A DNA stretch of 35,948 nucleotides from Octopus bimaculoides (GCF_001194135.2 NC_068983.1:133390816-133426763), one strand, 5' to 3'. Positions 1 through 10,828 are shown, counted from the stretch's first letter. The notes: generated from the letters alone by a model not told the origin. Program-made: numbers and translations.

Positions 1-41
<41 letters not shown>

Positions 42-151
42 TCATATATGCATGTGTATATACTTGGTGATGGTCATATTTTTCCAATTAAATGTACGCC
101 CTAATATGTTTGGTCTTCACTTCAGCTTTATCATTGTTACTTTAGTCCGTT

Positions 152-547
152 TATGAAAGCTCGTTCGTCACACATCTTGTAACCTCTTCAACGACTTTTT
201 TTATCCCACGCGTCTCTTCTTGTTCTGCTTATTCCGGAATAATCACAGCAAGAGAAGACATGCAGGATAAAGAGCTGCTGAAGAGGCCACAGGATGTGTA
301 ACAAAAGAGCTTTATATTGGAATATGCAGAACAAGAGGAGACACGTGGAATAGAGAGTTGTTGAAGAGGTCACAGGATGTGTGACAAAAGAGATTTCACA
401 AAGAAACTGAAATGATTGTAATAAAACTGAATGGAAGACCAAATATGTAGGGCATGTGCTTAATTGGCAAAACTGACTATCTACAAGTATAACAATATCT
501 GCTTCAACACACGATTTCGCATCATGTATTTGCAAAACAAATATATA
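152..547. mobile_element. PLE pseudo-LTR-derived segment with three ~83-bp HHR-like units (one inverted, two tandem)
   Basis: Units 152-235 (-), 236-318 (+) and 319-397 (+) share YTGAAGA-G-GTCACA-loop-TGTGAC-(G/A)AA-x-GAGC. Sequence 421-547 aligns by eye with the PLE 3' end at ~20070-20162 and with 19267->19173 (-); aacaatatctg(c/t)ttcaacacacgatttc matches at 27 of 28 nt. Confidence 0.7.
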
Positions 548-590
548 ATCTTAACATTTGTATATAGACTACACACACACGCATACACTC

Positions 591-659
591 TCTATCTCTC
601 TCTCTCTATCTCTCTCTTTCTTTCTCTCTCTCTCTCTCTTTCTTTCTCTCTCTCTCTCC

Positions 660-692
<33 letters not shown>

Positions 693-780
693 CCTCATAT
701 ATATACATATGTATATACTACGCTTAAGCACATACACAAACATATATATATATATATATATATATACATAAATATATGTA

Positions 781-817
<37 letters not shown>
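591..817. repeat. (CT)n, (TA)n and (TG)n microsatellite block leading into an assembly gap
   Basis: Direct reading. Confidence 0.95.
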
Positions 818-1522
818 NNNNNNNNNNNNNNNNNNNNNNNNNNNNNNNNNNNNNNNNNNNNNNNNNNNNNNNNNNNNNNNNNNNNNNNNNNNNNNNNNNN
901 NNNNNNNNNNNNNNNNNNNNNNNNNNNNNNNNNNNNNNNNNNNNNNNNNNNNNNNNNNNNNNNNNNNNNNNNNNNNNNNNNNNNNNNNNNNNNNNNNNNN
1001 NNNNNNNNNNNNNNNNNNNNNNNNNNNNNNNNNNNNNNNNNNNNNNNNNNNNNNNNNNNNNNNNNNNNNNNNNNNNNNNNNNNNNNNNNNNNNNNNNNNN
1101 NNNNNNNNNNNNNNNNNNNNNNNNNNNNNNNNNNNNNNNNNNNNNNNNNNNNNNNNNNNNNNNNNNNNNNNNNNNNNNNNNNNNNNNNNNNNNNNNNNNN
1201 NNNNNNNNNNNNNNNNNNNNNNNNNNNNNNNNNNNNNNNNNNNNNNNNNNNNNNNNNNNNNNNNNNNNNNNNNNNNNNNNNNNNNNNNNNNNNNNNNNNN
1301 NNNNNNNNNNNNNNNNNNNNNNNNNNNNNNNNNNNNNNNNNATATATATATATATATATATATATAATGCTAACACTATACAGCTGCTGTTGAGTGGTTG
1401 GCAGCTGTCTACTCCCAGCATGGCATCCATCCTCTTCACTTCGCTCTCTCCTTTCCTCTGTTGCACCCTTTCACATTTATTATCATATCATTTTTATTTT
1501 TATTAATCTTTTTTGTTTTATA

Positions 1523-1536
1523 ACTACTACTACTAT

Positions 1537-1594
<58 letters not shown>
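1523..1594. repeat. (ACT)n microsatellite
   Basis: Direct reading. Confidence 0.95.
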
Positions 1595-1595
<1 letters not shown>

Positions 1596-1739
1596 AATTC
1601 CATCACCCATTTCGCCAAGTATTACGATTGCTAGTCAGGGAGTAAGTGCGACATACAGACAGACCGAAAGTGAGTTAGCCAACCAATCAGACAGATAATA
1701 AATAAAATACTAAGCTATATTAGGATGTCCTGTGTGGTC

Positions 1740-1885
1740 TTTTAAACTGCTAGAAATAGCTGAGAAATCTCGCCAGTATCTCATTCTACTTATTAAAACG
1801 AAAGGATACTCTAGACAATATAGTCCATGATATTGTTAAAGAGGATGTAGGTCATTATTGGAATGCCTATAAGATCAATAGGTAA
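1740..1885 (+). repeat. Interspersed repeat family X (old SINE-like element), copy 1
   Basis: Aligns by eye with 14320-14480 through shared motifs gcta(g/a)a(a/t)atagc..aaatctcgc, cattc..cttatta and tagtcc.tgata. Confidence 0.5.
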
Positions 1886-2040
1886 GGCATGGTTTTGTGG
1901 TTAAGAAGTTTGGTTCTCAACCATGTGGTCTACGGTTCCTTACCTGCTGGCAGCTTGGACAAGTTTTTCTACAATAGCCTTGGGCCAACCAAAACCTTGT
2001 GAGTGGATTTGGTAGATGGTAACTGACAGAACCCTGACAT
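1886..2040 (+). mobile_element. tRNA-derived SINE, 5' half (octopus-type composite SINE, family A)
   Basis: Degenerate A/B-box head followed by ccttgtgagtggatttggtagatggtaactg, the reverse complement of the copies at 10404-10561 and 15600-15764; followed by (CA)n. Confidence 0.75.
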
Positions 2041-2065
2041 ACGTAAATGCATATACGCTCGTGTG

Positions 2066-2108
<43 letters not shown>

Positions 2109-2427
2109 ACAATATTGCCTCACTTCACGATGACCTGCTTTATGGGTTTTATCTTTTAAGGACAAGATCCAAATTTTGAACAAAGTGCAAAAGTTTCTAC
2201 CACCATAACAAATGCTTCTACGTGTTGAGAAATTTCTAGAAAGTGAAAAAAAAGCTTCTTCTAACCAAACAACTTTTGACTCGTTTTTTTTTTTTTTTAA
2301 GAAATCTACAAGTCCGTCTACGAATGCTTGCGAATCGGCGATCGGGTCTGCAAGTGATGGTGTGAGTCTAGTGCGAGTGAAAAGGATTAAGAAAACGATT
2401 ATAATAATGGTTGTTATCACCTCAACG

Positions 2428-2826
2428 TGGTTTTTCTGCATAGAACAATATTACTACTCTTTTTAACCCCAGGAGGACACCTTCTCCAGGGTCTCACCTG
2501 TCTTCAGTACTGGTACACCTGTCTGCTAGAAATGGCAGTCGTTCATCCCAGTTTGCAATATATAAATAAATAAGCGACACAGCTGCTGATCTTGCAACAA
2601 GCTTATTTATTTATTTATTACCATTTCTAGCAGACAGGTGTACCAGTATTGAGGATGAGTGAGACCCTGAAGCCAGCTAGTCTACTGGTCCGATCGCCGC
2701 CAGATGAAAGTTGTTCGCTCCCTTGTTTACAATATATTGGACATAGCTATGGTGTCGTTAACCAGCTGGAGGAGGTGCCTGCTTGGGGTTTAAAAGAGTA
2801 GTAACATTGTTCTGTGCAGAAGAACC
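2428..2826. repeat. Nested foldback (outer arms 2428-2489/2766-2826; inner arms 2486-2575/2601-2669)
   Basis: Both arm pairs are reverse complements by eye. 2718-2810 resembles the right arm of the 17457-17829 foldback. Confidence 0.8.
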
Positions 2827-3015
2827 ATTACTTTTCAGTAGAGCTTTTAGAACTAACAACTTTGCTTGATAATAATTATAATAATTAGAAATATAGTATT
2901 TCTAAAGATTTAGAAATGCAATATTTCTAATGTTGCAGATCAGTGAATTGATTTCACTTAAAATTCTATAAGTTTTCAACAGCGATTTAGCACCGATAGC
3001 TAGCAATCCAAGCTA

Positions 3016-3058
3016 CTCCAGACTGACGAAGGGCAACTACCCTGAAACTAGTCTGTAG
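3016..3058 (+). ncRNA. Minimal type I hammerhead ribozyme motif (imperfect stem I) at the apex of a rod-like hairpin 2961-3115
   Basis: CTGACGA (3023-3029), stem II AGGG/CCCT with loop caacta, GAAA (3044-3047), palindromic stem III ACTAGT and a GUC site. Canonical stem I has a G-G mismatch at its second pair. Confidence 0.6.
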
Positions 3059-3828
3059 ATGCTGGCTTTGTTAAGTGAAGGTGCTTATCTCCAATGTTTG
3101 AAAACTTAAGAATTTGTATCACATAGCCAACAAGAAACGGTGTTTCTTGGGCCTAAAATACAGTAGCATTCTTCCCTTTCCTGGGACTTCCACATTAAGT
3201 TGGCAACAAGCTATCACAATTATAATAATATCTTTTATTATACTTGATCTTGACATTCAATTTACTTTACATAAAGTATTCTTTAAATTCTACTGTTTTG
3301 TTGCCATTTATTTATGAGTATTATAAACATTTTAGGCAAAATATTTTTGTGGGAAAAAATTACGATTTATAACAATCCTACTACGAGAAATGATTGCTTT
3401 GCTTTACGAGTTTTCCCTTTACAAGCGGTCTCCGGGAACATATTAACTCGTATATGGAATCTTTATATATATATATATATATATATNNNNNNNNNNNNNN
3501 NNNNNNNNNNNNNNNNNNNNNNNNNNNNNNNNNNNNNNNNNNNNNNNNNNNNNNNNNNNNNNNNNNNNNNNNNNNNNNNNNNNNNNNNNNNNNNNNNNNN
3601 NNNNNNNNNNNNNNNNNNNNNNNNNNNNNNNNNNNNNNNNNNNNNNNNNNNNNNNNNNNNNNNNNNNNNNNNNNNNNNNNNNNNNNNNNNNNNNNNNNNN
3701 NNNNNNNNNNNNNNNNNNNNNNNNNNNNNNNNNNNNNNNNNNNNNNNNNNNNNNNNNNNNNNNNNNNNNNNNNNNNNNNNNNNNNNNNNNNNNNNNNNNN
3801 NNNNNNNNNNNNNNNNNNNNNNNNNNNN

Positions 3829-4262
3829 GCGAAGTGGAGGGATCGCCGGAAGGCTCGGAGAATGGTGCGTTGGAAGGGCAGGGTGGAGGAGTGGTAGGTG
3901 AGGGGGAACAGGAGACGGGCAGGAGAGACGTGCAGGAAGAGAGAGCAGAAGCACGGTCCACGGAACGTGCTCTGGGGAGGGCTGTGTGTGTAGTGGTGAG
4001 GGAATATCCACGAAGGATAAAGTGGCGAGCCATGAGTTGAGACTGAGTCTCAAAGTCATGGTTGACACTGCAGAGCCTGCGCAGAAGTAGGAATTGGGGA
4101 TGGAGAGCCTGGTGTTAGAAGAAGTTAAGATATGGGTGTGAGTTGATGTGTTTCTAGTGGATGGAGGTAGTGAGAGTGTAGTTGTGTATGTTGGCCGAAA
4201 TGTCAATAAATGCGACGGAAGTGTTGGAAATGATACAGGAAATTTCAAGGGTAGGGTGTAAG
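3829..4262 (-). pseudogene. Penelope-like element fragment: RT C-terminus/thumb and linker, frameshifted
   Basis: Reading across frames gives LHPTLEISCIISNTSVAFIDIS..TLTTSIH, then RLSIPNSYF, MARHFILRGYSLTTTHTALPRARSVDR and LFPLTYHSSTLPFQRTILRAF. These match PLE motifs of the type HP.IKFT...S.TSV.FLD, SIPYSQ and LTYH. The 3' part runs into an N-gap. Confidence 0.8.
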
Positions 4263-4324
4263 TGGCAGCAGCAACAGTAGCAGCAATAGAAATAGTAGCA
4301 GCAACAGCAGCAGCAGCAATCGCG

Positions 4325-4368
<44 letters not shown>

Positions 4369-4396
4369 TGTTGTAGTAGTAGTAGTAGTAGTAGTA
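4263..4396. repeat. (GCA)n/(GTA)n microsatellite
   Basis: Direct reading. Confidence 0.9.
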
Positions 4397-5655
4397 GACA
4401 GTAATACCACTTCTAATCACCTATCAAACTGCTTTTCGTGAGTCAGAATGCCCAGGGTTACTATAAAATTGGTAAAGATCTTAGAAGACGGGTTAAAGTC
4501 ATGACATAGAAGGTGAGCGTAATGGCATAGGGGTAAATATCACGGCAGTGGAGTAAAAGTCACGGCACAAGTGGATAGAGAACTGGTCATGATAATTCTT
4601 GGAGTGAATTGATTTGTGTTTCATGATCAACAGATGGAGTGAAATGTGTGATCTTTCTTTAGAAGGTGTATATATTGAACATTATAAAACAATGGAATCA
4701 TGTTACTTTGTTTCATCTCACATCATTTACTGTCCCTCTACGATATCAAATTATGTTTATATAATTCTGTGCGTAATCATATATGTGCATATGTGTATAT
4801 GTATGAGTACATATGCACATATATATATTCTTTTGCCACGTCATGTACCCAGTTATGTATCTATATGTACATGTAGATGAAGGTATGTACATACATGTAC
4901 ATATATATGCATATACTCATATATTGTTTATATATATATAGTAAATCAATTGTCAAACACAAACTCAAACTAAAGAAAACTACAAAAGTGTTAAAGGGAT
5001 GTTCACAGATGATATTTGTTGGATGACGTTCGCAGAAGAAAAGTTATATCGTAAAAGTTATAGAGAAAAAGTACGTTTCGGACAAAGTTTTTCGTCGGAT
5101 ACACCGGGAAGAGGAAAGAAAAGGAAGAAGAGAGATCAGAAAAGAGGAAAGGGCAAGAAAAAAACGCACATGTGAGAATATATACATACGCATACACATA
5201 CATGCATGTATGTATATATGAATTTTATTGGAACTGGAAAACTTTACGAATTGTTACGCAGAATTTTCACACAGCCGACCAGCAGACAGCTGATAGTATT
5301 TTATGGTTTAGGTTTATTCACGATGCAGTAATAATTATTTACTAATTCATCAAATAAACATCAAACGCTGATTGGACAAGGTCGTAATTACTTTTAAACT
5401 AAGAAAAGCCTATTAGATGAAAACGTTTGACCTCTGTCGAAAAACCATAAGCATAAAAAAAACGAGTCGAAATTGAATTAAAAGTGAATAACATAAATCA
5501 AATATATATGCATGGAAAGACGTATAATAATTACATCAAAAGAAAAAATACCTTTGTAAATGAGCTTAGGAAAAATATGTCGAAAAAGATAAAAATTAAA
5601 ATTAAAAATTAATACAAGGGCGAATGCGCATCACGAAAGAGAAATAAATTATAGC

Positions 5656-5786
5656 TTCAAATTTTGGCACGAGACCAGCAATTTCAGGGCAGGTTATGCC
5701 GATTACATCATTCAACAAGTACTTATTTTATCGACCCCCATTGAGATAAAAGGCAAAAACGACCTCGGCGTTATTCGAACTCAGAA
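5656..5786 (-). mobile_element. SINE family B (aaggcggtgagctgg-head type), degenerate partial copy
   Basis: Reverse complement of the body and tail seen at 24555-24760 (gtcgataaaataagtac ... ctggccttgtgccaaaatttgaa). Confidence 0.6.
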
Positions 5787-5924
5787 AGAATTAAATGATA
5801 AATACAGGAATAAATAACCATGCTATAAGAAGGGGTAAGTGGCAGATCCAAAGCAAGCAGAGTAGAGAAAGAAAATCTAGAAGAGAAGAAGGAAAAGAAA
5901 TTCTTTTATTCATTATTCTTTCAG

Positions 5925-6489
5925 TTTTTTACTTGTTTCAGTCATTTGACTTCAGCCATGCTGGAGCACTACCTTAAAGTGTTTTTAGTCGAAAAAATCG
6001 ACCCCACGACTTATGCTTTGTAAGACAGGTATTAATTGTATCGGTCACTTTTGTCGAACCTTTAAGTTAGGGGACATAAACACACCAGCATCGGTTGTCG
6101 AGCGATGACGAGCGACAAACGCAGACACATAAATGCATACATACATACATACATACATACATACATANNNNNNNNNNNNNNNNNNNNNNNNNNNNNNNNN
6201 NNNNNNNNNNNNNNNNNNNNNNNNNNNNNNNNNNNNNNNNNNNNNNNNNNNNNNNNNNNNNNNNNNNNNNNNNNNNNNNNNNNNNNNNNNNNNNNNNNNN
6301 NNNNNNNNNNNNNNNNNNNNNNNNNNNNNNNNNNNNNNNNNNNNNNNNNNNNNNNNNNNNNNNNNNNNNNNNNNNNNNNNNNTATATATATGAACTTGAC
6401 GGGCTTCTTTCAGTTTCCGTCTACCAAATCCACTCACAAGACTTTCATCGGCCCGAAGCTATAGTAGAAGACACTTGCCCAAGGTGCCA
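5925..6489 (-). mobile_element. Composite SINE family A, 5'-truncated, with internal (TATG)n and an N-gap
   Basis: 3' module ttttacttgtttcagtcatttgac...ggttgtcgagcgatg and central module gacgggcttctttcagtttccgtctaccaaatccactcacaag...cttgcccaaggtgcc. Confidence 0.85.
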
Positions 6490-6725
6490 TTTCCACACAT
6501 TCGAAATGAAGAGGGAATGGAAGCTAGATTAAAATACACTGTTACGATTAATAATGTGCATCAAGTGCGGATTGGCAATAAAATCATAGATTATAGGGGA
6601 AGTGCAATACAAAGTGCATGAAAAACTCAATCGGAAAAATATCTTAGGACATGGAAAAAGTATACATGGGGCTTATTTACTTTATTTACATTTGACGGAT
6701 ATTTGTCCTCATCATGTTTGTTGTT

Positions 6726-6772
6726 AACACAACGTTTCGGCTGATAATACTCTCCAGCCTTCATCAGGTGTC
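6726..6772 (-). ncRNA. Minimal type I hammerhead ribozyme (PLE-type), structurally complete
   Basis: Minus strand reads gacac-CTGATGA-A-GGCTG(11-nt loop)CAGCC-GAA-AC-GTT-gtgtt. Stem I is gacac/gtgtt, stem III lies in the palindrome AACGTT, and the cleavage triplet is GUU. It lies in a ~120-bp repeat (~6690-6810), probably a solo PLE pLTR fragment. Confidence 0.75.
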
Positions 6773-6839
6773 TTGGGGAAATTTAGAACCCGGGTTTTCA
6801 TTCCTAAGGTATTATTATTATTATTATTATTATTATTTA

Positions 6840-6888
6840 TGTCACTGCCTCGAATCGAACTCGGAATCTTGGGGTTAGTAGCCGCGCG
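6840..6888 (-). other. tRNA-like 3' half (SINE head fragment)
   Basis: Minus strand gctactaaccccaagattccgagttcgattcgaggcagtgac contains a B-box (GAGTTCGATTC); no 5' half is present. Confidence 0.4.
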
Positions 6889-7662
6889 ACGTGTGTGTAC
6901 ATATATGATTCATAGGTTCTTATCAGGGTCTGAAATTAAAATCGAATCACTCGGTTTTAGATAGTTTGAAGGGTTATTTTTTTAGTGTCACCACTCGACT
7001 GTTCAATCCGTGCGATATTGCATGATTTTTCACAGCACCTTTGCCTGGCGCAGCTTGTAAAATTTCTGCTAGCCCTTCGGTAATTTTTTTCACAGGGTAG
7101 GGCGCATTGTTAGAATAGCTCTACAGTTCTCCTGGGGCTAAAAGCAACAGTAACATCCACCCTTAGGGGTCAGCCACATTTAAGTGGCAAATATACTTCA
7201 CTTTGTCGTGCAGTTACTGTTAATACCTCGTTCAGAGATTTAACATATATATATATATATATATATAAACAATTGCAGCGTGGAAGGTGTTTATAAGCCA
7301 TTTAAAATAACACACAAAATCCGTTATATTCACTTCAACATTTAAATTTAATTTNNNNNNNNNNNNNNNNNNNNNNNNNNNNNNNNNNNNNNNNNNNNNN
7401 NNNNNNNNNNNNNNNNNNNNNNNNNNNNNNNNNNNNNNNNNNNNNNNNNNNNNNNNNNNNNNNNNNNNNNNNNNNNNNNNNNNNNNNNNNNNNNNNNNNN
7501 NNNNNNNNNNNNNNNNNNNNNNNNNNNNNNNNNNNNNNNNNNNNNNNNNNNNNNNNNNNNNNNNNNNNNNNNNNNNNNNNNNNNNNNNNNNNNNNNNNNN
7601 NNNNNNNNNNNNNNNNNNNNNNNNNNNNNNNNNNNNNNNNNNNNNNNNNNNNNNNNNNNNNN

Positions 7663-7695
<33 letters not shown>

Positions 7696-7711
7696 ATGTA
7701 TGTATCTATGT

Positions 7712-7886
7712 GTGTCTCTGTGTCAATGCTTGTCCCCTACCACCGCTTGACAACTGGTGTTGGTGTGCTTACGTTCCCGTAATATAGGAGTTTGGCAAAA
7801 GGGACCGAGAGATTAAGTACTAGGTTTAAAAATAGATAAATTCTGGAGTCGAATTGTTCGACTAAAACTCTCGAAGGCGATGCCTC
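7712..7886 (+). mobile_element. SINE family A, 3' module
   Basis: ccgcttgacaactggtgttggtgtgcttacgttcccgtaa...gattaagtactagg...gtcgaattgttcgactaaaa, preceded by (TG)n. Confidence 0.8.
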
Positions 7887-8314
7887 ACAAACAATTGAAA
7901 CAATTGGAAGATAAATATTTAAATAAACAAATAAAACAAAGTTGAGAAGAACGAATGACACAAACAAGCCTAAAGCAAACAAGGAAAAGGCAAGGGAAGA
8001 TAAGTTGAGAAAGGAACAGGAAGAGGAAGTTGCCAAATCAATGAAGTGAGAATAGAAATGAAAGAGTGGATAATCGGTAGTTTATAGCAGTTGAAAGGAC
8101 TGGTGAGGAGAGAGAGAGAGAGTGAATGTGCGTACCTGTGTAAATCCAAACACATGTACATAGAAACAGACACGCACACACACTCTTACATACACACTTA
8201 CACACACACACACACACACATACACACGCGCGCAAGCGGACACACGCACACACATGTATACATATATGTATATACCTATGTGTGTGTGTTTATCGTTGTG
8301 TCTGTATTTGCAGT

Positions 8315-8706
8315 GGAGGTGCAATGGCCCAGTGGTTAGGGCAGCGGACTCGCGGTCATAGGATCGCGGTTTCGATTCCCAGACGGGGCCGGGCGTTGTG
8401 AGTGTTTATTGAGCGAAAATACCCAAAGCTCCACGAGGCTACGTTAGGGGATGGTGGCGAACCCTGCTGTACTCTTTCACCACAACTTTCTCTCACTCTT
8501 TCTTCCTGTTTCTGTTGTGCCTGTAATTCAAAGGGTCGGCTTTGTCACACTGTGTCACGCTGAATATCCCGAGAACTACGTTAAGGGTACACGTGTCTGT
8601 GGAATGCTCAGCCACTTGCACGTCAATTTCACGAGCAGGCTGTTCCGTTGATCGGATCAACTGGAACCCTCGACGTCGTAAGCGACGGAGTGCCAACAAC
8701 AACAAC
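8315..8706 (+). mobile_element. Near full-length tRNA-derived SINE (family C) with (CAA)n tail
   Basis: A-box TGGCCCAGTGGTTAGG and B-box GGTTTCGATTCC in a tRNA-like head, a ~300-bp body, and a 3' end ggagtgcc(aac)n. Confidence 0.85.
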
Positions 8707-8724
8707 TGCATTTGCCACCCCACT

Positions 8725-8852
8725 CCATTAACGCTTGATAACAGGTGCTGGTGAGTTCACGTTCCCATAACTTAACAGTTCAACAAAAAAGAAGTCGATG
8801 GAATAAGTACCAGGCTTTAAAAAATGGCCTGGGGTCGTCTTGTTCTATAAAA
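8725..8852 (+). mobile_element. SINE family A, 3' module, diverged
   Basis: cgcttgataacaggtgctggtgagttcacgttcccataactta...gaataagtaccaggcttt...ctggggtcg. Confidence 0.7.
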
Positions 8853-8882
8853 ATACTTTTGTATATATATATTATATATCCC

Positions 8883-9195
8883 TTCATTCTTTTGCTTGTT
8901 TCAGTCAGTTGACTGCGGTCATGCTGGAGCACCATTCTTTCATTCTTTTACTTGTTTTAGTCATTTGACCCGACCATGCTGGAGCACCATCGTGAAGTGT
9001 TTTAGTAGAACAAATCGATCCCTGGAAATTTTTTTAAAGCCTAGTACTTATTCTATCGTTTTATTTTGCTGAAGTGTTAAGTTCTGGAGACGTAAACACA
9101 CCAGCACCTGTTATCAAGCGTTGATGTGGCGGGACAAATACAGATACAAAGATACACACACACACACACACATACACACACACACACACACACAT

Positions 9196-9232
<37 letters not shown>

Positions 9233-9340
9233 CATATATGTACATATCTGTGTGTGTGTACAACGGACTTCTTTCAGTTTCCGTCTACCAAATCTACTAA
9301 GGATGCTTTGGTCGGCCCGTGGTTATAGTAGAAGGCACTT
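8883..9340 (-). mobile_element. Composite SINE family A, 5'-truncated, with duplicated 3' terminus
   Basis: Same modules as 15362-15764; the terminal ~52 bp occurs twice (8883-8934 and 8938-8989). Confidence 0.8.
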
Positions 9341-9370
9341 GTAAATATCAGTAGTGTATAGGTAGGTAGG

Positions 9371-9402
<32 letters not shown>

Positions 9403-10121
9403 CATGTATGTGTATGTATGTATGTATGTATGTATGTATGTATAATACATGTATATGCGTGTGTGTTTGTGTGTATGTATTTATGCATATATAAATATAT
9501 GCACGATTACACACACACACACACACATGTATGTATGTATGCATGTATGTATATACGCATGTATAAACACTTATGAATAGACATACATATTTATATATAT
9601 ATATATATATATACACACACAGACGTGTGTGTGCATACGATCATATATATGTAGAAGAAAGAGTAGTGAGTGCTGAAGGAATTTTTTGAGTGATCGTGAC
9701 CGTTGTTACCGTAAGAATCAGAAGGATGTACAGTCAGACAGAATAAGAAAGTGTAAGAGAACGAAAGACAGAGGGAATATAAGACAGAAAAAAAAACGAA
9801 AGAAAGAAAGAGAAAAAGAAAGAAGAAAAGAAAGCATGAATGAATGATACGTGAAGAATGAATGAGGGGAAACTACTTTTATTTTTAGATTCCAACTGTG
9901 CAGTGTTTGAGTGAGGGGGGATGTGAAGAGGTACAGGCATGTTTGTATGTATGTCTATACATGTATATGTTGTGTGAGTGTGTATGTGTGTCTACGTGTG
10001 GATATAAGTGTGTGTGTATGTGTGTCTATGACGTACGTGGTCTATGTGTGTGCGTGTGAATACGTCTGGATATATTTAGATATTGTCGGTAGGTGCGTAT
10101 GCACATGTGTTTGTGTGTGTG

Positions 10122-10170
<49 letters not shown>

Positions 10171-10172
<2 letters not shown>

Positions 10173-10561
10173 TTTACTTGCTTCAGTCATTTGACTGTGG
10201 CCATTGGTGGAGCACCGCCTTTAGTCGAGCAAATCGACCCCAGGACTTATTCTTTGTAAGCCTAGTACTTATTCTATCGCTCTCTTACGCCAAACCGCTA
10301 AGTTACGGGGACGTAAGCACACCAGCACCGGTTGTCAAGTGATGCTGTGGGGACAAACAAAGACATACAAACATACACACACATACACGTATACACATAT
10401 ATACGACGGGCTTCTTTCAGTTTCCGTCTACCAAATCCACTCACAAGGCTTTGGTCGGCCCGAGGCTATAGTAGAAGACACTTGCCCAAGGTGCCAAGGA
10501 GTGGGACTGAACCCGGAACCAGGTGGTTGGTAAGCAAGCTACTTACCAAACAGCCACTCCT
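10171..10561 (-). mobile_element. Composite SINE family A, near full length
   Basis: tRNA-like head (10500-10561), CORE-like ccttgggcaagtg module, internal CA/TA tract, 3' module, and a (TA)n flank. Confidence 0.9.
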
Positions 10562-10633
10562 ATTATTATATATATATACACACACACCATATAATACAGA
10601 TAGACAGGCATAGCAGTTTTTTTTCTTTTCCAT

Positions 10634-10828
10634 CTTTTACTTGTGCAGTCATTGGCTTGCCGCCATGTTGGGGTATCGCCCTGAAGGATTTTAGTCAGAC
10701 GAATCGACGCGAATATCTATTATTTTAAGCATGGTGCTTCTGTCGTTTCCTTTCGCCGAACCGCTAAAAAAACGGAGCCTTTAATACACCAATACCGGTT
10801 GTCAAGCGGTGGTGGGGGACAAACACAG
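10634..10828 (-). mobile_element. SINE family A, 3' module, diverged
   Basis: cttttacttgtgcagtcattggc...gccgaaccgctaa...ccggttgtcaagcggtggtgggggacaaacacag. Confidence 0.75.

Noticed and set aside
8315-8390. Apparent tRNA gene
   Set aside because: It continues directly into a ~300-bp body and (CAA)n tail, so it is a SINE head.
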